50,655 nt of DNA, from NCBI GenBank assembly GCA_020536535.1, contig JAHLWZ010000486.1, positions 1 through 50,655 of the forward strand, in the 5' to 3' direction. A program made the translations under genes and the position numbers. Numbering within the stretch: position 1 is the first letter of the stretch; every line of letters starts with the position of its first letter. Positions 24,501-36,237 of the stretch are shown here, in pieces. The notes under the pieces were generated by a model that searched no databases, had not been told where the DNA came from, and saw only the letters and a program-made list of their open reading frames with translations. The DNA comes from Pelomyxa schiedti. Lineage: Eukaryota > Protista > Evosea.

Positions 24501-26009
24501 CGTAAGCCTCCCCAAAGGTCTCTTTTAGGAATAAGTGGCCAGCTGTCATCTGGAAGCAATTAGGGATAGGAAAAGAACAAGAAGAAGGGGCACCTGGTCA
24601 ACCATGTCAGTGTACGTAGGACTGGCTTCATCTGGCATACACCAGCCTCCTCTTGGAGGGAAAACAAATTGAGACATAATCCAATTCCATAAATATCTTA
24701 CATGGTAAAATCGAGGCGGCCTTGATTCACAAGTTGTTTAACAACAGCTTGTGTGTCTTCCGACTGTTGGACCCACCACTTGTTGAAGAAAGCCATCTCG
24801 ACGTATCTTGTGAATGGTTTAGGTGCACCAACTTAACCCATAAAAACATACGTAAAACGGCGGTTAGCGTCCGATGTAAGGCTGTCAACCATCGTGGTAA
24901 TAATGTTGTTAACACAGCAATCGTAATAGCCGTCGACGCTGTGGACTGTTGGGTCTCAACGAAATGGGCCTCTAACATACGTTTCTAGCCAACCAACATC
25001 GTCATGGGTATGGGGAATTGCATGGACGTTGATCATTGTAGCCACTCCCCTCTCGCAAACGTGAATTGCTCCTGGAGAGTAGGAACCAGATTTGTAATCG
25101 ACAAGTGTTCGAATGGTCTGTTGACTGATTGACTAACATAAGGGCTTAAGAAGGCATACCTGGTGGATGGAAAATCTGTCGGAGCATGAACAAGAAGAAG
25201 TGGATGGATTTGTGGTCAAGCACGTTCCATCATCCAATGCCTGTGTCCAAGGAAGATTACTTTGTGAAGGGTAATGCTTCTTATACCTGATACACGCCGC
25301 CAAAAGCATAAGATTCGGAAGAGGAAGGATCAGCCCAGCAAAACGTAATGTGGCTACCAATAATTGAACCAAAGTTTTGCTTTGAGTTCGAGTGAGAAAA
25401 GATGTGCATGTGAAAAAATTTACCGTGTCGTCAAGAACTCGAACAGTGATTCCAGTGAACCCCAAAGGGCAAGAACAGCTGGAGGTGTACGGATTCGGAT
25501 ATCTGCACTAGCATAGCGTCAAAAACCGTGGGAAATTAAGGCCGATAACGCACCCCATGTCCTCCAGTAACGTCGTCGTCCTTCTGGTACGACCCACCCC
25601 AACCAGAGGCGAGATAAGGACCAGATGACCCGTAACACTCCCACAGGTAGCCGCCATCCTGCTGGCCTCCAGACCCATCGTTAATGATCCTTGCTGCTAT
25701 CTGAGGCCCTGTAGTCCAACTAGGACAGTTGCATTTCCCCGTCATCAAGTTAATGTTCTATTAGAGGATGTAAGTACGTAGAAGGGGGAAAAAAAAAATA
25801 ATATAAATACAAAATGGCCAATAATTAAACAAATATTTCATAATTAAAATTAAATTAAAAAAACCAACCTCGCACTGGATATCAGGGGTATACGTCGTGT
25901 CGTCAAGAAACGACTCGAACATACCGCCGAACGATGGCGCACATTGCACACAAGCCAACAACAACGCCGTCGCAACGACTACGCCCGAAACAACGACAGA
26001 TCTCCCCAT
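21524..26009 (-). CDS. Lysosomal-type alpha-mannosidase (GH38) with a signal peptide and an N-terminal three-repeat Cys-rich module
   Basis: [17 protein letters not shown] (Zn-binding), GWQIDPFG (nucleophile), [28 protein letters not shown] and PMDIRTF near the C-terminus. Confidence 0.93.
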
Positions 26010-26103
26010 CCTTCCTGTGTCCTACCCACAAGGGGTTTTTTTTTAATTTTGAGTTTTCTAACCGGCAGAGTTCAACAGACGAAAAGAATTTCCCAACATC
26101 GAA

Positions 26104-28164
26104 TCACCTTGACACTCTTTTCTTCTTGGTTGCTGTGAAGTTGGTGTGGGATTTGATAAAGGTGATCTTGGTGTCATTCACAGTCGGGTGATGTGACAAC
26201 ACGCACCCACTTTGGCGGAATGAACCCGGCTTGATTGTTGTGTGTTGTGGCGTACCAGAACCCATTGGGGTCGCCTTGGTCTGTGACTGTGAATGTATCC
26301 CCTGCGGAGAAGGACAGTTCGGTGGGACAACTGGCTGTATAGTCAGAGAGGGCTCTAACACATATGTGGCTTGCAGGAGCCTGCCGTTGGTTTTTTTTGA
26401 GAGTTGTGTGGTAGTGTACTCTGTGGAGAAAACCTGAGAAACAGGCTCTTTGAGGGGTGGGTCTATTGCCTCCAGTGCTGGGAGCTGAGATTGAACAAGA
26501 GCGAGAGCAGACTTGAAAGCAGCGAGCTTATTTAAATGTAAGAGATAGAATTCAGTGGGGATTGTAAAAAGCCTTTTGTTTTGACTCGGTGAGGTAAAGC
26601 TGTGCCTTCTGCACGGAAATAGGATCATTACCACTACATCTTAAGAGGGCCTCAAGGCGGTCTACTTGGTGCGATTCGTACTATAGTTCTTTAAAACGAG
26701 TGTAAACTAATAAAGAGCAAACCATTATGTGCTTCGCAATGGAGTTGTGTTGTTCGGTAAGTTTGCATCGCCGGTCATGCAACGGAAGAGATTCGTCAGA
26801 ATCGGAAAGTCCCCATTCCTGGGTATCTTTCGGTGTGCCCGGAAGATAAGGCTCAACGCAACCCACTAAGGGTGGTTCGCAGCATCTTGCGGTGTAGGCC
26901 TCATATAAAAGAGGCGGAGGCACAGTAACATGTGTTTTGTTTGCTGCTACAAATCCGGCAACATCGGTGTTGGAATCGATCTTGAAGTAGTTTACCGGAA
27001 AATGGAGTAGTTGATACCATCACCTGCAAAACAGACGATTCGGATGAGCAGCCAGCTTTTTTGAAAGTATTGGATAATTCCAATAAAGCGTGAGAGTACT
27101 CTTTCAATGTTTGTTGTACAAAGCAGATTCTGTCTTCTTCGAGACCTTGAAACGCCTTCCTGAAATGAATCCAAAGAGCAGCGGAGGATAGGAAAAAAAA
27201 AACACACTACTAGAAGCTGCGGCATGTTTTTGGTGTACCATTCTGTTTGCGTATCATTTGTCTGTTGGAGGGCATCTCTGTATTCCTGCTCAGCTTGTGT
27301 ACCCAGAGCAGCAGCCCGAGAGGCGCGAGTGGAAATCTGTGTGGATATTAGAGAGGTTACTTGACATCTCCCCTACCCGAGACTGTGTCTGAGCATTTGT
27401 AGTGAAACTGTCTTGCGCTTTTTGGAATTCTTGTTGGCTTAACTCCACTTCCTGGAATACTTTGAGGTAATGAGCTCTCTTCTGAGGAAGAAATTAGTGC
27501 ACTGCGTGAACATATTCACAAGTACTCGTTTGAACACTCCAAGTTGCTCAAAAACATTACTCTCAACTCGCTTTCCATCAGCTTCCAACTGAATGGGAAC
27601 TAATAAGATTCCAAGAGCAGGAAGAAAGATACCTTTTTTTGTTTGGCTTCATTGGCGTGCACGAAATCACGCACTCTGTTTGAAATTTCCTGAAGTTGTT
27701 TCGCAAAAATAAGTTCATGGTTGGCCACAGTCTCCAAGTCAACAATAACAACTTCCATAGCCGTTCTAACAGTGCTTTTGTTTCCTCCTCAGCAAGGTAA
27801 TGGTCATGCACAAAGAGGGTCGTACACACCCATCCAATGTGTTGTTTGCAAGCAATTTTTTATGTCCGTAAATCTTGAGTAGAGCCAAGCTCTTAGCGGC
27901 ATACTCGCCCCTCAAAGTACCCAGTTTCTCCAGAAAACTGCCAATTTCTAAGTGAGTGTCATTGGTACCGCCGAAGGATCGTGTCGTTCGTAACGTAACC
28001 ACTTACGGTGCGTGTTCCCGAGGGTCCCCGCAGATCTCTTACAACACACATCCAGACCGTCCTTGTCACAACAACCACGGTTATATCTCAATCGACGCAA
28101 TGCTACATACAATGAGATCTGCTGCATACGAGGATCCCCCTGTCACTCCAGCTGTTGTTGACAT
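26104..28164 (-). CDS. F-BAR (FCH) domain protein
   Basis: Spliced N-terminus YAADLI|DGLDVCCKRSAG...IGSFLEKLGTLRGEYAAKSL and F-BAR end motif EWYTKNMPQLL|KAFQGLEEDRICFVQQTLKEY, followed by a low-complexity tail. Confidence 0.75.
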
Positions 28165-28260
28165 TATTAACAACCGACCACCGTTTGACACCTGCCACAC
28201 GAAAAAACAAAAATCAATCGGGAACTGATTTCACATAATAATATTTTGATATGTTGTTGT

Positions 28261-30461
28261 CTACAAGGCCTGGTACAAGGTGCTTCTACGTGGCTCGAGT
28301 TGTAGGGACTGTAGCCACAGAGGTTCTTCATCAAAGGTGTGGATTGCGGCTGATGTGAACATGTGGATGAGGGCCTGTACTTGGGGTGGTGGAACTGGCG
28401 GGGGTGTTGATGTTGTGTAGTTGCGTGATTGCTGCTGGAAGGAATGTATTCTGCGGAGAATGGCGGAAACTTTGTAGAATACTCCGAATGTGAGGTGCGA
28501 GGGCAGGCCTGTGGGGAGGTCACACGTAAAAGTAATGTCAGATCGGAATATACCTATTTCCTTGTTGGAAATTTGTGGTTGCATTCAAAATAGGGGATGG
28601 GGAACCATACTGATAACAGGGATTATAGGGCACGATAATGCCAGGGCTGACCGCATTCCGTTCACGCTGGTATGGAGTGAAAAGAAGGACTCCAGGCTGT
28701 TAAACTTCTGCTTGAATTCACTTGGCACCTGGTTGTGCTTATGAGGGAGCGATTTTTAAGGACACCAACCTTGTCCCAAGTTTGTTGTAATCGTCTGATA
28801 GGCGACGACGTTAATGCAACCAAAATAGAGTAAGCCCCTGGATAGTCATGGTTTCCCAGAAAATCAGAGGCCAAGCCAATGAACAGAGTGAGGAGCTTGG
28901 TGCGGTTCTTCAATTTTTGCACTGAGAGAATTTCACTGGCAACCCAATGTGACACCTAAACAAGGATTACTTCGGAGTAATGAACCAGTTCGCGAGACAC
29001 ATACCGTAGCCGATGTGTATTGAACAGCAAGTATGTGTGGTACTCGAAGCTCCTTCCTTGGTCCTCGCCAAGAAGTTACCAGGAACTCTCTCAAAGGGAT
29101 TTGTTGGAATTGATGTAGGTTCAGCAAAGTGATGTACACCCCAAGTCTTGGATATTTTTTGAGGAAGCATTTTGGAAAAGGCTGAGGTACACTGGAGGAC
29201 TCTGGAGACTCAATCAAATTGGGCAATCCTTGCGGTGGAAGAAGGAGCCTAGGAATTGGTTAAGCCGAATACATTAAGAGGGATACTTTTTCGCGGTAGT
29301 GACAAAATCACTCCACAATGGGTCATTGGAGCCAAACTGACAGACCTTCACGAGTCTTTCATAAAGAGAAACCTTTTCTGCTTCAATATAGTGATGAGGC
29401 CTGGCAAGGAGGGCAGCAGAAACAACGAACTCTACTGGAAGCGCAAGAAGAGGACATTTCCTTGCGTATTTGTGGGAAAACGGAAACATTAAACTGGTAG
29501 CAGCTCTTATCCACGTCATGTAATCCCACGTTTGCATGCCTTTGGAGCCATAAATACTATTTATTTGGAGGGAAAAAAAAGAAACTTGGTACAAAGTCGC
29601 TACTTGCCATTTCACACCATTTGCTGAGCGTTTTGATAACTCTTTTTCTTCCTTAATAAAGGCCAAAGAAAAGTAGAAACCTTGATCGTTGTGCACTTAA
29701 GGATGTTGCGTCCTCAGAATGCATCGAGAGCTGCAATTCAACCTCCTGCAATCTTAAACAGGAAATTAGTGGGTTTTCCAACGTAACGAGTAAAATTGTC
29801 TTTGCTACGTAGAAAACAGAGCAGGAAACACTCTGATGGGCTTCGTGAATGAGGTAAGATTCAACACAAACACTTCCATGTAGCGTTGCCAGGCATCTTC
29901 CGTCAATTTACCTTCTTGTTGGTTTTTAAACATACTCGTTTTTAGCAGTGCATAGATAGATCTAATACCAGGCTGATACAGCAACTTGATGAGGGAAACA
30001 ACAGATCCCTGCCTGACAGTCCCTTGTGCATCAACACACAGACCACAAGCCTGATCCTCAAGGTCACTCTACCCCGAAGTGTTTCGAAATTACGTTCAGG
30101 AACCCACAATAGTGCCAACCACAATACCATAGTAGCTGCAGTGAGAGTGTTTACAACAACGTTTGGGTGTTCCCTCTTGTGGCTTTTCCGTTTCCTTCCT
30201 GGAATCACAACCTGAGTGTCCAGTCAGCTCAGAGACTACATGGGTCCTCTCCTACTTGTATCCGGCAACACGGAAATCAAGCAACCCCAGTGAGCTGATC
30301 CTTCCCCTGCTCGGAGATGTATTTCAACAAGGAAAAACAGATTTCCCATAATCTGTGTCTGTTGATGGGCTGGTTTTTCACCGACACTGGGAAGTAAGAA
30401 CACTTCATACCTTCTCGGCCTTTTGGCTAAGATCAAGTGTAGTATCTGTTCTTTTCAGCAT
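28261..30461 (-). CDS. RasGEF (REM + CDC25 domain); 5' end uncertain
   Basis: REM-like RYMEVFVLNLTSFTKP, CDC25 SHWVASEIL...RTKLLTLFIGLA...SILVALTSSPIRRLQQTW, and terminal LWLQSLQLEPR with the stop at 28261. Confidence 0.85.
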
Positions 30462-30661
30462 AATATCTGAAAGCTACCCATTGGGTAGCATCGATATTAA
30501 ACTTATTTTTTGTGGGGTTGCTGGGGGTGCCTGGTTGGTGGTGGGGCTTGCTCCGCCTCCAACTTGGGTGCCCTCCTGATTGCCCAGGCACTGCACTGCC
30601 GCCTCGTGTGGTCAGCCCCACTTTTACTAAGCAAAAAGAAAGGAGTCATCACCCCTGAGAT

Positions 30662-32019
30662 CATATCTGGGTCAAAGGGCGGCTGTTTTTTTCCCTATCA
30701 CTTTCCTGTAAAAAAAGCCGCCCAGCCGCCCGGCGGCTGTTTTAATAAGGAAAAAAAAATAAAACAGCCGCCCAGGCGGCTGTTTTACCAATGGGGAAAA
30801 GCCATGTTTTTTCAATGTTTTTAACAGGTTTGAGTCTGCAACATGTAGACAAGGTGGACAGTTGGTATTTCTAAGGGGAAAATTTTTTTTGTTTTGTGAA
30901 GAACATATGTGGACCCTTGTGAAAAAACAGCTGCCACCTCACACCAAACAAGTGCAAGGTAAATTTTTGTATTGTTACAGTGCATTATCCTTGTGCAACC
31001 TTTCCTTTCTCTTTGATTACTTATCTCCAATTAGTTGTTTGTGTTGTTGGTTTGTTGGTGCCAAGCAGGAGATGGGGGGTGAGTGGAGGGGAGGGAGGAG
31101 AAGAAAGGAGCATCTTGGATGGCATTAATGTTGGGAGAGTTTGTGTGCTGGTTAAGTGTGGGTTCTGTTTCTTGTTTCTTGTTTCTTGTTTCTTGTTTCT
31201 TGTTTCTTGTTTCTTGTTTCTTGTTTCTTGTTTCTTGTTTCTTGTTGTGTGTTGTGTGTTGTGTGTTGTGTGTTGTGTGTTGTGTGTTGTGTGTTGTGTG
31301 TTGTGTGTTGTGTGTTGTGTGTTGTGTGTTGTGTGTTCTTCAGTGTGTTTGTTGGCGGTGTTGGCGTAGGTGTAGGCGGTGTAGGCGTCGTCGGCGGCGT
31401 CGTCGGCGGCGTCGTCGGCGTTGGCGTCGTAGGTGCAGGTGTATTACGTGGGCTGGTCCGGTCAGCCCTGGTGGTGAGGGGCTGGCGTCGTTGTAGGCCT
31501 CAGTGGCACAGCTGATGGCGTGGGCGCCGGCGCTGTTGGGTAAACCTTCACCCCTTCACTTGGTCTGTTGCTGCTGTTGTTCCCAACACCGCCGCTCGAC
31601 GCCTACACATACGTGGGTGCCGACACCCACAGCGACACCAACAGCCTTTTCTGATCGTTTTCGAAAAAACGGAGACTGGACAAATCTGTTGCTGTAGACT
31701 GAGGCAGAGTACTGTTGTTGTTGCTGCCCCTTTTTACTTCCCCCTATTGTTGTACTACACTGTTGTTTGTAACCGTGACTTTCCAGCCAGAACAAACACC
31801 CTTCGATTAATCACGCTCCTGTGCTGTTTTGATAGTCTAGCCCACAAGGGGACACAGTTTCCTTTCATGCCCACCACTTCCTGAAGTACTTCAGACAGCC
31901 GCCCCTTGGGGCGGCTGTTTTGCACATGGTTTTGATAGGACAGCCACCCAAAAAAAAGGGCGGCTGTTTTTACAGGAACTTGACAGGCCAAAAAACAGCC
32001 GCCCTTTGACCCAGATATG
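30662..32019. mobile_element. Putative non-autonomous DNA transposon (MITE-like) with ~125-bp imperfect TIRs
   Basis: Perfect 30-bp inverted termini CATATCTGGGTCAAAGGGCGGCTGTTTTTT at 30662-30691 and 31990-32019. Imperfect inverted similarity extends to ~30786 and ~31895, with several ACAGCCGCC sub-repeats. No transposase ORF. Confidence 0.7.
31166..31336. repeat. Compound heptamer microsatellite: (TGTTTCT)n followed by (TGTTGTG)n
   Basis: Two adjacent period-7 arrays. Confidence 0.95.
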
Positions 32020-32459
32020 GTGGTGGTCGCCCACACAGCCGTCTTCGACACGACGAGCCAAAGAAACTTTTATCCGTTCTCAGAACTGTTGATCTGAGAA
32101 TCACAGAGCTCCACGAGTGTATCCGAAATGTGGCAGCCACTTGTAGCTCTCACCAGAAGAAAGAGATCACTGAGAAATTGTCACACTCACAGGGGGAACC
32201 CACAATGGCGAATTCGGATTACTAAAGCCTAGCGCCCGTTTTTGCTTCACCATCAACACATTTTCATTTTTTTTGAACAAAACAACAAAGACAAACACGA
32301 TGCCAAGACGACGACACACAGGTATATATTACACAACGTTTATTGTTACTTTCATGTCGTGGTGGGTTGTTTTGTCGCTTTTTTTTTTTTTGTTATTATA
32401 TTCCCCTCACAAACACACATATCTCCAGATCTTGCCGGGCCATGTCGCGACGACGTTAC

Positions 32460-33590
32460 AGTGCAGCGTGGTGGTGCAGAGTGCATAGTGTGGAGCGGTG
32501 CGGGCTGGCGGCGGCGGGGGGAGACTTCTGCCTGTGTGGCTGCTGCTGGGGAGGGTGCTTATGCGACCGGCGACACATCATCGTGGCAATCCCGAGCGGG
32601 GAGGCCTTGCAGGGCGCGGCCTTGGACGATGGGGCCCTGTGCCACAACCTAACCAGTTGCGGGACGACCCCACCCTGTGCGACCGCGTCATCCGCGACCT
32701 CTTCTTGCACGAGCGGAAAGCGACGACCGGGCCATCCACCACGTTTGCAACACAACGCGGAGGGACCCGGCCCTGTGGCTTCTGTGTGCCAAATCTTCTT
32801 CTTCCAGTCGAAGTCTCGTCGCTGTCATCACGTGAGCATAACAAGCAGTCGTGGTTCTTGACAATTTGCGAAGTGAGACAACAACAACCACTCATTCTCT
32901 GATAGTAATATTTACACAGAAAACTGGCGGTGTTCAGCACCTCATGACAGACTCTAAAAACCAGTTGTTAGTTCGAGGAGGACACAATGCTATTTTATCT
33001 ATATGAATCCTGCATGATCAGATGAGCAGAGTTAATGTTTATGGTTTGCTTTCCACCGCGGTGGTTACACATGAGACTCATTCTGCACAGGAGGAGACCG
33101 AAAAATGGTCTTGGATGAATCATATTCAGCAAGACTCCTTCCGTAACTGATCTTCCTACCGAATACCGTCATCAGAGCGTCATTTGTTGCAGAACAAGCA
33201 CCGCCAATCCCCGTGGGAGTCTTGCCATGGGTTGGAGCCTTCCGGTTGGCGCGTCTGGACGGCGCGTTTAAGCCCGGGGGACCTCATCTTGTGACAGACC
33301 CTTGCGAGGGGACGTGTCGACAGAGCCTTGTCACGGGGGAAAGCTCCGCGATGGGACTCTGCCGACGCCTCTCTGGCTCTACCTCGTGTCGTCATCATCG
33401 TGCTGTCTGCTGCGCCGATAATATATTCTTGTATTCAGTGCAACGAATCCTTGGTTTTTTCTGCAAGAGCTCCGCAACCCCTGTAAGTACTCTCCAAAAT
33501 CCACAAAATACTAACCATTGTCACAGTGACTGCTCAAAACTTCACGACCGTGCCATCCACCACGTTTGCAACACAACGCGAAGGAACAGG
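32460..33590 (+). pseudogene. Mosaic of decayed coding fragments
   Basis: Short broken ORFs (e.g. QLRDDPTLCDRVIRDLFLHER and the PH-helix-like SAQEETEKWSWMNHIQ) and a 37-bp direct repeat at 32723-32759 / 33544-33580. No coherent gene model. Confidence 0.35.
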
Positions 33591-33636
33591 AAAGAGAAAG
33601 GGAGTGTTGTTTACATGATCACGTTTTCTTTTATTC

Positions 33637-35883
33637 TTAGAGTACGTTGGACTTGCTGCCAGCGGCTGTTGCTATGGCTGTCATTACAATTTCTTCTGTT
33701 ATCTCGTGGTGCTCTGTGGGGTGAAGGTCCACGTGATACGGCTGCGTAGTAATTGTTGTTAGCGTTGGAAAGGATGCGACTTTGTGGAGGGTGCATGTGA
33801 AAGAGGCAAAGGATTTTGTTGGGGAAACTTACAGAGAAGAGGGCCTTGATCTCGCCACTGAAGACAGGCAGTCTGGCACGCAACATCCGGCCGATGTTAT
33901 TGCCACACCAGTCAATGAAAACGAACTTCACTGTGTCACTTTCGTCAACCCTGAGAGTGCGCCGGAGTAGCCCATACACAACAGCATCATCCTTGAGAAC
34001 TTTTGGTAAGTTTTGGTATCAAACCAAGAGATACTTACAGCAAGCTGAGATACAAGCTCTGCTGTGTCACTGGTACCGGTTCCCAGCAATTGTATTGTGT
34101 TGTTTTTGCCTTTGACGAAGGAGACGAGTGCCCTGGCAGTACTAAGTCATGCTTTTTGATGTAGAGGAAACTTACCATGTCGTTGGGTCGGAATCACTTC
34201 GTACGGATTGAATGGCGGCGCGAATTGCGGGTTCATCTGTTAGAATGAGGCTGTCTTTATTTGTAGATGGTGTAGTTGTAGAAGCGGTTGATGCTGTTGT
34301 TCGTGGTGCAGTTGTTCTTTGGGTTGTACGGGCGGGTTTGGGTGCTTCAGTCACTGGAGTGGATTGTTGTGCAGGGGTTGAAGCTTGTGCTGTACCACTG
34401 CTCTTCTGTACCCTTTCTGTGTGCTATGATCATTGATTAGTGATGTAGGGACTCAAGGGAGAGTGTCGTACAATAGTTTCAGTCAGAACATGACTTGCTG
34501 TGCCTGAAGCCTTGGAAATTATTGCATCTACTTCAGCATCGCTTATCTGTGGGGTATTGGCAACACTCCCCGAAGTTGATAGGGACAAACCTCACTAAGG
34601 CGAGTACAATTTAGCAGAACATGGTGAGGTTCAAATTCTGTGCGAATGACACCCTGGTGGGCACTGAGCCGGGTCTTGAGCTGCCTCGGGGTATTCTCAC
34701 CAACCCAATTAATGTACACAAACTTTGTTGTCTCACTTTCGTCGATTATTTCCGTTCTCCGGACAAGACCATAAACAACTATGTCGTCCTGGATACAAGT
34801 GAGCGACATAGTCCGGAATAATTTTTTTGGTTACCCTCAGCAAGGGTACCACTTCAGCGTCAATGGTGCCTGTTCCTGATCCAAGTAGTTTGAGGGATTG
34901 TAAAGAATTTTCAGAGTAGGTTACAAGTGCCCTGCCAAGTACGTTAACGTGAAAACGGATAATAAGTTACTTCTACCGTACCAGGTGAGTGGGTCCGTGT
35001 GGGCACGAACCTGCTTGAGGGTTGCCTTGACATTGCCCAGATCTTCCCACTGCATTATACTGTAGTCTTCCTTCTTAGAGTGGGCAGCAGCAGCTGTAGC
35101 AGTTGAAGAAACTGTTTCTTTTTGCTTCAGAAGTTAGCAAACTCAAGTAAACGAAAAAGGACTTACCCCAGTCTCTCTGTTGATAACTCGGGAGGCTGAA
35201 CCAGAGGTTTCCATAACTTTTTGCAAAACTACTTGGTTTGATAGTTCTGATCTGAAGGAAATATTACTAAGTGAACTGGCAAAAAGGGCTGCACTTGTTG
35301 GTAACAGAGAGTTGGACATGCGACTGGCCAAAAGCAGCCATAATGCCAGCCCGGTGAATACTGACTTTGGCCTTTTGCATGCGTGGCATCCTGTACTCCA
35401 TAAGAAGGAAATATCGAACCAAGGTACAATTACGAGTCCCCTGTGAACGAGATGAAGGCAAATTTAACTGTAAGGCTCTCGTCTATCTTGTCAACTAATC
35501 TTACAAGTCCGAACACCGCTGCAGGGTTTTGTTACAATGCGAAAGAGAGTAAACAGGCGAGGAACCCAATTCATCAGCAAGAGTGGCAGCGAATTCATCC
35601 ACACCCTCACTTCCACTTCCATGTAGTTTAAGCTTTGTGGACCTGGCACCCTCGTATGTAACAGCAACCCTACCAGCAAAGTGAGGGAGGAAAAAAAAAA
35701 TAAAAATAAGTAAAATGTGGTCTGGTAACCAAGCTCATTGGTCAATTTTGGAAGAAAGAAAGAAAAAAACGGGGAAAAAAGGGGCGAATTGGTGCAGGCA
35801 TACCAATTAATTGGGCCGTTGTCGAGCCTCACTTGCTTGATGGCAGCCTTTACTTCCGCCTCGTCAACAAACACCGCGTCCAT
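33637..35883 (-). CDS. Protein with three tandem ADF-H (coactosin-like) actin-binding domains
   Basis: Three repeats of the pattern AI..VR.D..P..W, L.L.GSG, YGL.R, KF.(Y/F)I.W.G and R..(K/R)AR. It ends PYHVDLHPTEHHEITEEIVMTAIATAAGSKSNVL*. Confidence 0.9.
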
Positions 35884-36237
35884 TCCTGAGTGTCGTAGTT
35901 TGTCGCAAAATTACCGGAGAGTCGTGTGTCCCCTCAACCGTAACAAAAAAATAGTAAAAAATTTCGTTTGATCTATGAATCATTTCGGGTTTTCGTTCAG
36001 AAGAGTGAGAAAAATGATGACAAACATAGTGTCGTTCTTCAGTGCATGTACCCCATCCCAAGTTCCTTAGTATAGTGCATGTTTTATGTAGTTTATTGTT
36101 GAGCTTGATTTCATTAGTGAGTGACAAAAGAGGCAAGAGAGGTGCACTCTGCACTACTCAAAGAGAAAGGCAGAAGTAACAGGAGAAAAAGAAAACCAGT
36201 GAAGTGGATCGTGGATCTTTTCTATTCTCTGCATTAA

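Noticed and set aside
26104-30461. Single RasGEF-F-BAR gene as the default model
   Set aside because: RasGEF has a typical SL.LEPR ending with a stop, and F-BAR has its own ATG. Fusion is kept only as a testable possibility.
30662-32019. CRISPR-like array from the ACAGCCGCC repeats
   Set aside because: The repeats are short, inverted and irregularly spaced, the context is eukaryotic, and there are no cas genes.
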